Below are positions 17,494 through 25,155 of a DNA stretch of 64,000 nucleotides, one piece after another. The notes beneath the pieces were generated by a model, which was given only the letters and a program-made list of their open reading frames with translations, was not told the DNA's origin and made no database searches. The DNA comes from Planctomycetota bacterium (GTDB lineage Bacteria; Planctomycetota; UBA8108; UBA1146): the NCBI GenBank assembly GCA_036125855.1, contig JAYZTT010000017.1, forward strand, positions 21,323-85,322, in the 5' to 3' direction. Made by a program: the position numbers and the translations under genes. The stretch's first letter is position 1. The number at the start of each line of letters is the position of its first letter.

Positions 17494-19887
17494 ATGAAGG
17501 TTCTGAAGCAACTCCTCTGCGCGCTCGTCATCGCGATGATCCACGTCACGTTGTTCGCCCAGAATCCCGTGATCCTGCACAGCGTCGCCAGCCCGTTTGA
17601 CGATCACCACTACCTGTTACTCGATGCCAGTAGCTGGACCGAGGCGGAAGCGCAAGCCAACGCCTGGGGTGCCAATCTGGTCGCGGTCGGGGATCAAGCA
17701 GAGATGGATTTCATTCACGACAACTTCAGCGCCTTTCAGGGTACCGGTCGGCGACTGTGGCTGGGACTCAACGACATCGCCATCGAGGGTGTATTCGAGT
17801 GGAGTAACGGAGAAACGCTCACCTACACCGACTGGAACGCTGGCGAACCCAATAACTCCGGCAATGAGGATATGGTCCATACCCTCGAGAACCCGCCATA
17901 TCTGTGGAATGACATCAATGAGGGAACCAATCCTGTCAACACCTATGGCATCGTCGAGCTGGAAACGTGTGGATATACGGGACCCGATGCGATCATCTCA
18001 AACTCGGTCGGCCCCGACATCGTTCTGGAGTTCACCAACAACGGGCCCTACACCGACACCTTCGACATCTGGCGCGATGGTCAGTTCTATCAGAGTATCA
18101 CCGACCCGGCAGCGACCAGCTGGACCGACACCAACGTCTGTCAGGGTCGCTATGAGTACATCATCGTTGTCTCGGATGGCGCCTGCTTCACCTTCACCGA
18201 GTCCATCGATGTATTCCATGGCTTCGATCTCTATGCCAGCACTGACCCGCCGCTACCGATCCCCAATAACGATCCGATCGGAGTGACCTCCGTCGTCAGC
18301 ATCACCGACAACTACATCATCCAGGATGTCGATGTGGAAGTGCACATCTTCCACACATGGACACGGGAAGTGGGCATCGATATCTTTCACCCCTCGACCA
18401 CCCTCGTCACTCTCAAGCAGTATGTGGCCGGCTCCCCCAGTGATGTGAATCACATTCATACCGTCTTCGACGACCAGGGGATTCCGTTCGATGAGGATCA
18501 GATCCCGCTCGATATTCACATGCAACCGCAGGGGCCCGGGACACTCTTTGACTTCGCCGGCCTACCCATCGATGGCGACTGGAGATTGACCGTCACCGAC
18601 AACGATGGTGCCGAGACGGGACAGCTGGAAAACTGGTCAATTCATCATCTGGATGGGCCACCATGCCAGCTGACTCCCCCGAGTTCGTTCAGCTCCTCCA
18701 GTAACGGTCCCGAGGTGACTCTGACCTGGGATCTCAACGGGAACTTCTACACCGACATCGAGGTACTGAGAAACGGTCAACTGGTCGAAACCATCGACGG
18801 CAGCGACCAGCAGTGGAGCGAGGTGGTCCAGGGCGGACCCGCTTATTACAGCTATCAATTGCGCTGTCTGGACAACTCCATAACACCTTGCTGTGTCATC
18901 GACAGCGCTACCGTGGGCGCACTTGTGAATGCAGTCGATGTGGTCTGGGCAGCCGAGGGTAGCGGAGGCAATATCGACTCCGCCACCGCCATCGCCGATG
19001 CTCTGGTCCTCAATGGGCTCAATCCGGCGGTGATGCCCGAGATTCTCTCCTGCAATTGCCTGCTCTCTTCGCCCGATTTACAGCGGGTGTGGGTCGCCTC
19101 GGGGACCTACCCTGATTACCACTGCATGACCACTGCAGAGGGAACGCTCCTGGCCGAACTCATCGCCAACGGAATCGATGTCTATGTCGAGGGTGGTGAT
19201 GTCTGGGGATTCTGTCCTCAGACTCCCTTCGCCGACTGGGATGGCATCGGAGATGGAGTCGTCGACGGTGATGATACCCTGCTCGACCTGATTGGACTCT
19301 CCTACGACATCCTCGACCTGACCGGAATGGATGCCGCCTACAACCAGGATCAAGTCGGCAGCGATTGGACCGATCGCCTGGTTGCTGCCGATCCCTTGAC
19401 ACCGGATCAGGCCGGCATCAGCAGTGGCGCCATCTGGCAACAATCGGGAATCGGCTACAGCACCGGCAACTTCTACGCGACCGACGATCCCTATGGTGAG
19501 GTACTGACACAGTCGTGGGAATTTGGTGGTTACAGCGCGGAACAGGGCGTGCTGATGGGGATTTACCTGGAAGCGATCGGGGCCACCGGTGGTCCGCCGC
19601 AGGAGATCTTCCGTCGTGGCGATGTCAACTCTGACACGGGAGTCAATATCGCCGATGCGGTGCGACTGCTGAACGGGCTTTTCGTTCCCGGTTCGCCTCA
19701 ACCGGAGTGCTATGATAGTGCCGACGTCAATGACGACGGTTCGAGCAACGTGGCGGATGCTGTCTACCTGCTCGGTGCACTGTTCATCCCGGGCTCACCG
19801 AATCCTCCGCCACCGGGCCTTCAGAACTGCGGGCCCGATCCGACCGATGACAACCTCGATTGCGCAAAGTACGAGGTATGTTCCTAG
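17494..19887 (+). CDS. Secreted C-type lectin domain protein with proprotein-convertase P-domain and dockerin-like C-terminal module
   Basis: Signal MKVLKQLLCALVIAMIHVTLFAQ. CTLD: SWTEAEAQANAWGANLVAV..RRLWLGLND..EGVFEWSNGE..YTDWNAGEPNN..EDMV..WNDI (about 17600-17965). P-domain IIQDVDVEVHIFHTWTREVGIDIFHPS...GDWRLTVTDNDGAETGQLENWSI (about 18250-18650). Tail RGDVNSDTGVNIADAVRLLNGLF... Confidence 0.85.
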   Translation: MKVLKQLLCALVIAMIHVTLFAQNPVILHSVASPFDDHHYLLLDASSWTEAEAQANAWGANLVAVGDQAEMDFIHDNFSAFQGTGRRLWLGLNDIAIEGVFEWSNGETLTYTDWNAGEPNNSGNEDMVHTLENPPYLWNDINEGTNPVNTYGIVELETCGYTGPDAIISNSVGPDIVLEFTNNGPYTDTFDIWRDGQFYQSITDPAATSWTDTNVCQGRYEYIIVVSDGACFTFTESIDVFHGFDLYASTDPPLPIPNNDPIGVTSVVSITDNYIIQDVDVEVHIFHTWTREVGIDIFHPSTTLVTLKQYVAGSPSDVNHIHTVFDDQGIPFDEDQIPLDIHMQPQGPGTLFDFAGLPIDGDWRLTVTDNDGAETGQLENWSIHHLDGPPCQLTPPSSFSSSSNGPEVTLTWDLNGNFYTDIEVLRNGQLVETIDGSDQQWSEVVQGGPAYYSYQLRCLDNSITPCCVIDSATVGALVNAVDVVWAAEGSGGNIDSATAIADALVLNGLNPAVMPEILSCNCLLSSPDLQRVWVASGTYPDYHCMTTAEGTLLAELIANGIDVYVEGGDVWGFCPQTPFADWDGIGDGVVDGDDTLLDLIGLSYDILDLTGMDAAYNQDQVGSDWTDRLVAADPLTPDQAGISSGAIWQQSGIGYSTGNFYATDDPYGEVLTQSWEFGGYSAEQGVLMGIYLEAIGATGGPPQEIFRRGDVNSDTGVNIADAVRLLNGLFVPGSPQPECYDSADVNDDGSSNVADAVYLLGALFIPGSPNPPPPGLQNCGPDPTDDNLDCAKYEVCS

Positions 19888-19902
19888 AGAGAAGAGTTTC
19901 TG

Positions 19903-21471
19903 ATGCTGCACGGGTACAACCTCAAGCGGATCCTGTTTGTGTCACTTCTACTGCTGTGCTGCGGAAGCAGTGGTGCCATCGCACAGGTGATCCTTCATAC
20001 CGACGACCAGGCATCCTCCGGTAGCAATACGGCTCATAACATGGTGCGCAATGGCAACGGTGAACTGTACGTGCTGTCACTGGAACGGACCCCCAATGGT
20101 GAGACACCCCTGATCGTGCAGCAGTCCACCGATGGAGGTTCCACCTGGACCACCCTGCCCCAGAACCTCAATGATGCCGACAGCGGACTCCTCGGCCCCG
20201 ATCCAGCGAGTCACTGCTCGATGGCCATCGACGATCAGGGAATCCTCCACGTGCTCTGGGGACGTTACACCTACCCATCCTATTTCCGTCAGTTCTACCG
20301 TCGCTACGATCCGGTCACCGGTTTTCGCTCCGACATCGTCGAGATCAGCACCGTGACCGGTGCCCCCCTCAACTCCCGAACATCAGCGATGGACATCCTC
20401 ATCGATGGTAACAACACGGTGTGGATTGCCGGCCACCACCCATCGAGCTGGGTCGACCATCTGCTGCGGAGCGATCAGCCCTATGCAGCGGATGATGCGT
20501 TCACCGATCTGGGTCCGATCAGTCCCGCCAATAGTGCTCAGAACTCCAGACTGGCTGTCGATACCGGCGGCAGGATCCACTGCACCTTCTACCGCAACGT
20601 CGGAGAAGGACAGTACGAACACCGGATCTATGACCCCCCGAGCGGAGCCTGGCAGCTCGACACCTTCGTTCTGGGCAACACCGACGGCACCAACGATTTT
20701 TTCGGCTGGGTCTCGGCGGACGGTCTGGGATCGGTTCACTGTGCCTACGTCGTCGATGCTTTCTCCTCATCGCCACTGTGGAGTTTCCGTTACCGGAGCT
20801 GGGATGAGATCAATGGCTGGAGCGATGAGACGATTCTGTTTGAAGCGACCACCGCTCAATTCACCAACATCGCCAGTTACAAGATCTTCAACATCGGCTG
20901 TGACGAGAGCAACGGCACCGTGTATGCCGTCTACCGCGATCTTTCAGCCGAAGGCGAACTGGTGCTGGCAGAAAAGACCCCGACTTCACCCGACTTCATC
21001 ATTTCACAGCAGTTGCAGCCAACAAATCTCGGAGAGCACGCATACACCTATCCGACGCTTCGTGGCACCCTCTACCCATCTTTCAACAACACCAGCCATG
21101 GCATTGACCTCACCTACCAGTGGCGCGAGTTCCCTGGCTCTCCCCCCTACTCACTGGTTTATCACGACGCATCGGTCGGCTCGGTGATTCGATTCATCCG
21201 TGGGGATACCAACCAGGACGGAAGTTACAACGTCGCCGACATCGTATTCGGTCTCAACTCGCTATTCGTACCGGGAGGTGTCAGCCCCGCCTGTATCGAG
21301 AGTTGCGACATCAATGACGACGAATCCTTCAACATCGCCGACATGGTGTTTGGATTGAATTCGCTGTTTGTGCCCGGATCTCCAGCGCCTACGGCACCGT
21401 ATCCCGCTTGTGGTCAGGATCCCATCGGTGGCACTCTCGATTGCCCCGCCAGCAGTCCCGCCTGCCCCTAG
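19903..21471 (+). CDS. Secreted BNR/Asp-box (sialidase-like beta-propeller) protein with dockerin-like C-terminal module
   Basis: Signal MLHGYNLKRILFVSLLLLCCGSSGAIAQ. Asp-box QSTDGGSTWT. Tail RGDTNQDGSYNVADIVFGLNSLFVPGG...INDDESFNIADMVFGLNSLFVPGS... Confidence 0.8.
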   Translation: MLHGYNLKRILFVSLLLLCCGSSGAIAQVILHTDDQASSGSNTAHNMVRNGNGELYVLSLERTPNGETPLIVQQSTDGGSTWTTLPQNLNDADSGLLGPDPASHCSMAIDDQGILHVLWGRYTYPSYFRQFYRRYDPVTGFRSDIVEISTVTGAPLNSRTSAMDILIDGNNTVWIAGHHPSSWVDHLLRSDQPYAADDAFTDLGPISPANSAQNSRLAVDTGGRIHCTFYRNVGEGQYEHRIYDPPSGAWQLDTFVLGNTDGTNDFFGWVSADGLGSVHCAYVVDAFSSSPLWSFRYRSWDEINGWSDETILFEATTAQFTNIASYKIFNIGCDESNGTVYAVYRDLSAEGELVLAEKTPTSPDFIISQQLQPTNLGEHAYTYPTLRGTLYPSFNNTSHGIDLTYQWREFPGSPPYSLVYHDASVGSVIRFIRGDTNQDGSYNVADIVFGLNSLFVPGGVSPACIESCDINDDESFNIADMVFGLNSLFVPGSPAPTAPYPACGQDPIGGTLDCPASSPACP

Positions 21472-21480
21472 GCAGCACCA

Positions 21481-22395
21481 TCACTGATCGGCGTGCAAGC
21501 CAAGGGCTCGCTTGAGCCCGGCGATGTTCTTGTAGTCGTCCCAGTAGCGATAGAGCACCCGGTGATTCGGGTCGATGATGACCAGATCACCCGGCCAGGC
21601 TGCATCATAGTCATCGACGATCTTGACCTGTCGGCGACCATCGATCTTGACCCGGATGAATCCATCAACCAGCTTTTTAATCTCCTCGTCTTCTGTCAGC
21701 AGCTTGTGAATTCTCTCGGTCTGGGTACACCCCTCCGCTTCGATGAACAGTAATCGATTGCCCCAGGTCCATTGTGATTCATCGAGGCCCTTGTCAAAGT
21801 CGAGCCAGTGAATCGGAGGTGGTGGTGGATCGATCCCGGCTTTTCTGAGCAGATCATCAAGCCATTGACGATCGAAACCTGATTTGGAGCGCTTCCTCGG
21901 AAGAATGCCCTGCCATAGCACCTTGCCCTGGGAATCGAGGAAGAACGCCGAAGGATAATAAATCACTCCATGACGCTCCTGATTGGCAGTGCCATCGACC
22001 AGAAGTGGAAACGTAACTTTGTTCTTATCGACGAGTTTCTGAGCGGGTTTTGAATTTTTTGAGGAGTGAGAAAAGATGGTAAGGATCGAAAGATATTCGG
22101 GACCCAGTTCTCGATGCCACCTGACCAGGCTTGGCAATGCGGGAGCGCAAGACTCTCAACCAGGGATCGTATAGACGATCAGTTGCGGTTTTCCTCGCAA
22201 GCTCGCCAGTCGAAGATTCTGGTGGCTGTTGATCCAGCGACCGCCCTCCTCGACTACCAACTCCGGCAACTCCTTTCCAAGGTGTGAAACGCGAAAGGTC
22301 TCGCGATTCTGCTCCTGAGCAGATAGCTGCTCCGGAATCAGCGTCGAGGAGAGGGAAAGGGCGGCCACCAGAATCCAAGAAGTTGGCATCACCAT
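21481..22395 (-). CDS. Periplasmic TlpA/redoxin-like thiol:disulfide oxidoreductase, candidate selenoprotein (in-frame UGA at 22158-22156), plus a second thioredoxin-like C-terminal domain
   Basis: Track ORFs 22156..22494 and 21481..22137 are in the same frame, separated only by TGA plus six sense codons. Joined: signal MVMPTSWILVAALSLSSTLIPEQLSAQ, then LRGKPQLIVYTIPG-[UGA]-ESCAPALPSLVRWHRELGPEYLSILTIF...KVTFPLLVDG...YYPSAFFLDSQGKVLWQG. This is the TlpA/ResA pattern, with UGA where the first Cys of WCxxC sits. AAGGAGG lies 6 nt before ATG 22395. If UGA is a true stop, this is a pseudogene or two ORFs. Confidence 0.6.
22116..22135 (-). promoter_or_regulatory. Candidate bacterial SECIS hairpin
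   Basis: mRNA GCC(AA)GCCU-GGUC-AGGUGGC: 7 bp with a 2-nt bulge and apical loop GGUC. The stem starts 20 nt and the loop 29 nt after the UGA. The spacing and G-first loop are compatible with described bSECIS constraints. Confidence 0.45.
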
Positions 22396-22452
22396 CGTTC
22401 CCTCCTTGCCCAGTGGACGAACTGGGCAGTCCTGTTGTTCCTGAAATCGGCC

Positions 22453-22487
22453 AAAAAAAGTGGCCCTGAGGAAAACCCCAGGGCCAC
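22453..22487 (-). terminator. Intrinsic terminator after the MFS transporter gene
   Basis: 9-bp stem GTGGCCCTG/CAGGGCCAC (22460-22468/22479-22487), followed on the minus strand by U7 (A-run 22453-22459 on plus). Confidence 0.75.
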
Positions 22488-22511
22488 TCCTCACTCGTTT
22501 CCGGATCTCAT

Positions 22512-23882
22512 TTAAAAACTATTTTGTACTTCTTTCGGCTCGTTTCCCACCACGTTACTGGAATTGCCGACCGCAGAGGCTCCGACATTTCCATATTCTT
22601 TGTGGAGCTTGAAGAACACCAGAGCCAGCGGAATCGCCAGAGCGGCGACCCAGCGGAACGCCATCTTGTTGGCGTATGCGGCTACCACATCGACCCCTGC
22701 TCCCGGATTCGCGACAGTGAATGCAGCGGTGTAATAATCCACCACCCAGCCAATCGCCGGGGCTGACACATAACCCACCACCAGCATGCCGGCTCCACCC
22801 ATCAGGCAAAGTCCCATCGCTCCACTGTTCGGAATTCGTTCCGAGACAAACCCGAGCATTGTGGGCCAGAAGAAGCATACACCGACGTAGAACACGGTGG
22901 CGGTCAAGAAGATGGAACTGAAGTTTTCGGCGTAGGTCATGGCAAACAAACCGACTCCACCGAGCACCGCAGAACCGAACAGCAATCCGGTTGGCGAAAA
23001 GCGATGAACAAATCCGCCTGCGAAGTAACGCAGGATCGCCATCAGGCCACTGCCGTAGACCAGTACCAGAATTCCTGCGCCGGTCGTGGTGGTTCCTGCT
23101 CCCATGGCGCTCTGGAATTGCGGTTCCATGATCACGCCCATCCAGCGGTTTGGCCCCAGTTCCAGTGTGGCGGTCAGGCCCATGCAACAAAGCATCAGGA
23201 TGAACAGCGGTGATGTGACGGCTGACTTCACTTCTTCATCGGAAACATTCGACTGGACCCGTTCGGTTTGTGGAATCTCCTGACCGAGGAACAGGTAGCC
23301 GTAGATCAGCGTAGGAATCAGCACCAGAGCCATCTTGGCCTGGAGTACCGAGAGACCAAACAGACTCCACTCACCACCCGCAGCAGTAACCGCTGCAGCC
23401 TGGTTGGAGATCCAGAATCCGAACAAGGCCCCGACGATGATGCCGACCGGCCAGAAGACATGAAACTGATTCAGCTTGGTGGTCTTGTTATTGGAGTACA
23501 GGGTAGCCACCAGCGGATTACATCCCGCCTCAACACATCCGTTTCCGATGGCGATGACGGAAGCACCTGCCATCAGCTGACCGAAGCCCTCGGCATACAT
23601 CATCAAAATCACACCAACGATGTGGCAAACAAACGCCATCTTCACGGAGACCGCAATGCCGATCTTTTCGATGACCGGTCCCAGCAAGATGATGGCAACC
23701 GCAAAGCCACCGAGAGCCGCGCCGCCGACCCAACCGGATTGGAGCTTGTCGAGACCGAACAACGATTCGAAATCACCCATCGACGATGTGATCACCCCGA
23801 ATGCGCACGAGGTCGCAATCAGCGCCATGCAACTGGCCCAGAACAGCCGAGCCTTCCGTTCCTCATCGAGCACTTGAGTCAT
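22512..23882 (-). CDS. MFS transporter (FucP/GluP-like sugar:H+ symporter family)
   Basis: 12-TM-type hydrophobic profile. GNGCVEAGCNPLVATLYSNNKTTKLNQFHVFWPVG resembles the FucP/GluP signature region. The ORF is open to 23993; ATG 23882 (MTQVLDEERK) is preferred. Confidence 0.8.
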   Translation of the reverse strand: MTQVLDEERKARLFWASCMALIATSCAFGVITSSMGDFESLFGLDKLQSGWVGGAALGGFAVAIILLGPVIEKIGIAVSVKMAFVCHIVGVILMMYAEGFGQLMAGASVIAIGNGCVEAGCNPLVATLYSNNKTTKLNQFHVFWPVGIIVGALFGFWISNQAAAVTAAGGEWSLFGLSVLQAKMALVLIPTLIYGYLFLGQEIPQTERVQSNVSDEEVKSAVTSPLFILMLCCMGLTATLELGPNRWMGVIMEPQFQSAMGAGTTTTGAGILVLVYGSGLMAILRYFAGGFVHRFSPTGLLFGSAVLGGVGLFAMTYAENFSSIFLTATVFYVGVCFFWPTMLGFVSERIPNSGAMGLCLMGGAGMLVVGYVSAPAIGWVVDYYTAAFTVANPGAGVDVVAAYANKMAFRWVAALAIPLALVFFKLHKEYGNVGASAVGNSSNVVGNEPKEVQNSF

Positions 23883-24117
23883 GAATGTCCCCCTTTTTCC
23901 CCTGGTTGTCCGCGGCGCAGAGCCCTCTGGCCGCGGCGATAGTGGGACAAAATATCGCCTATCTGTCAATCGTGGAGTTCTACCTGGAATCAAAAAATAA
24001 CAAACGGAATGTGTTTGTAATCTATTTTGTTAATACTTACAATCCGTGCGGGTCGGGAATTATTCCTGGCGAGGGAATGCCTGGCCCTATCAACAGAGTT
24101 CTTCATCTCTATCTTCC

Positions 24118-24145
24118 CGCGCACGGCTGAAACCAGCCGTGCGCG
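24118..24145 (-). terminator. Perfect 12-bp hairpin immediately after the glycosyltransferase stop (terminator-like, no clear U-tract)
   Basis: CGCGCACGGCTG-AAAC-CAGCCGTGCGCG. Confidence 0.4.
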
Positions 24146-24147
24146 CT

Positions 24148-25155
24148 CTATTTACCCCTCAATTCAGCCAGCAAACCGCGCCAGGCGGTGGTTTCTGCCT
24201 CGACGGTGTGGTTACCCCTCAACCGTTTTGACCGGCTCTGTAACTGCTTTCGGAAGCCAGCGTCCTCGACCCAGCGCAAGATCTGCTCGGCCAGTTGTCG
24301 GCCATCGCCGCGGCGGAACTGGCCCGGATATTGGTCGCCCAGTAATCCAAGATTTCCGGGCGCATCGCTGGCCAGGATCGGAATTCCCGCCACCAGAGCC
24401 TCACTGATGACGTTGGCGCCCCCCTCCTCCCGGGAGGGATGAACCAAAAGATGAGAAGTTCCCAGATATCGGCGCAGCCGCGCCCGGGGCACCGTCCCGA
24501 GCCAGCGCCAGCGGGGCTCGCGCGCTGCGGTGGCTTCGGCTCGACGTTGCCACTGCCTCGACAGCGCTCCCCCCAGATGCACGATCTCAACGGTTCGACC
24601 ATCGGCCAGCGGATCCGGCAGGTACTTCAGAGCTTCGACCGGCAACAGCGGATCCTTGACCTCACGGAGAAAACCGATGACGAGCAATCTCAATTTCGAC
24701 CCGATCGGATCGCGCCCACCGGGCAGCGGCCTGGCCGATTGAGGAATGAAATGCACACCGTGCGGTTGCGAACCCAGCAATTCAGCTGGCAAGAAGAGAT
24801 CGGCCTGCTGGTGCAAAGCGACCCAGCGATCAGAAGCCTTCAGGCTCTCGATCACTCGTCGCCGCGCCGCTCCACCTGCTGGCAATTGCTGATGCAGATC
24901 GGTACCGCTCAGCACCAGGATGATCTCGGCGGCCGGATCACGTCGCTTCCACTGAAGAATCGCTGAATGGCTATGTCCGGCATGAAGAGCAATCAGCAGA
25001 TCCCCGGAGGGCATCGGTTTGACACCCTCATCGCGGACTCTGTGCAGGAGAACACGATGTCCCAGTTTTCGAAAAATCGCTGCCCAGCGTTTCACCGTCG
25101 AGAAATTGCCCGCCTCGATATCCGGCGGACTGGGATCAGTGACAACGATCCTCAC
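24148..25155 (-). CDS. GT-B fold glycosyltransferase (GT1/GT4-like)
   Basis: C-terminal donor-binding motif LLVHPSREEGGANVISEALVAGIPILASDAPGNLGLLGD (the E-x7-E region of retaining GT4-type enzymes). The start codon abuts the lpxA stop. Confidence 0.75.
   Translation of the reverse strand: MRIVVTDPSPPDIEAGNFSTVKRWAAIFRKLGHRVLLHRVRDEGVKPMPSGDLLIALHAGHSHSAILQWKRRDPAAEIILVLSGTDLHQQLPAGGAARRRVIESLKASDRWVALHQQADLFLPAELLGSQPHGVHFIPQSARPLPGGRDPIGSKLRLLVIGFLREVKDPLLPVEALKYLPDPLADGRTVEIVHLGGALSRQWQRRAEATAAREPRWRWLGTVPRARLRRYLGTSHLLVHPSREEGGANVISEALVAGIPILASDAPGNLGLLGDQYPGQFRRGDGRQLAEQILRWVEDAGFRKQLQSRSKRLRGNHTVEAETTAWRGLLAELRGK

Noticed and set aside
17600-17965. C-type lectin fold as a possible diversity-generating retroelement target.
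   Set aside because: The CTLD is N-terminal and of the canonical carbohydrate-binding type. No reverse transcriptase and no template/variable repeat pair are visible in the window.
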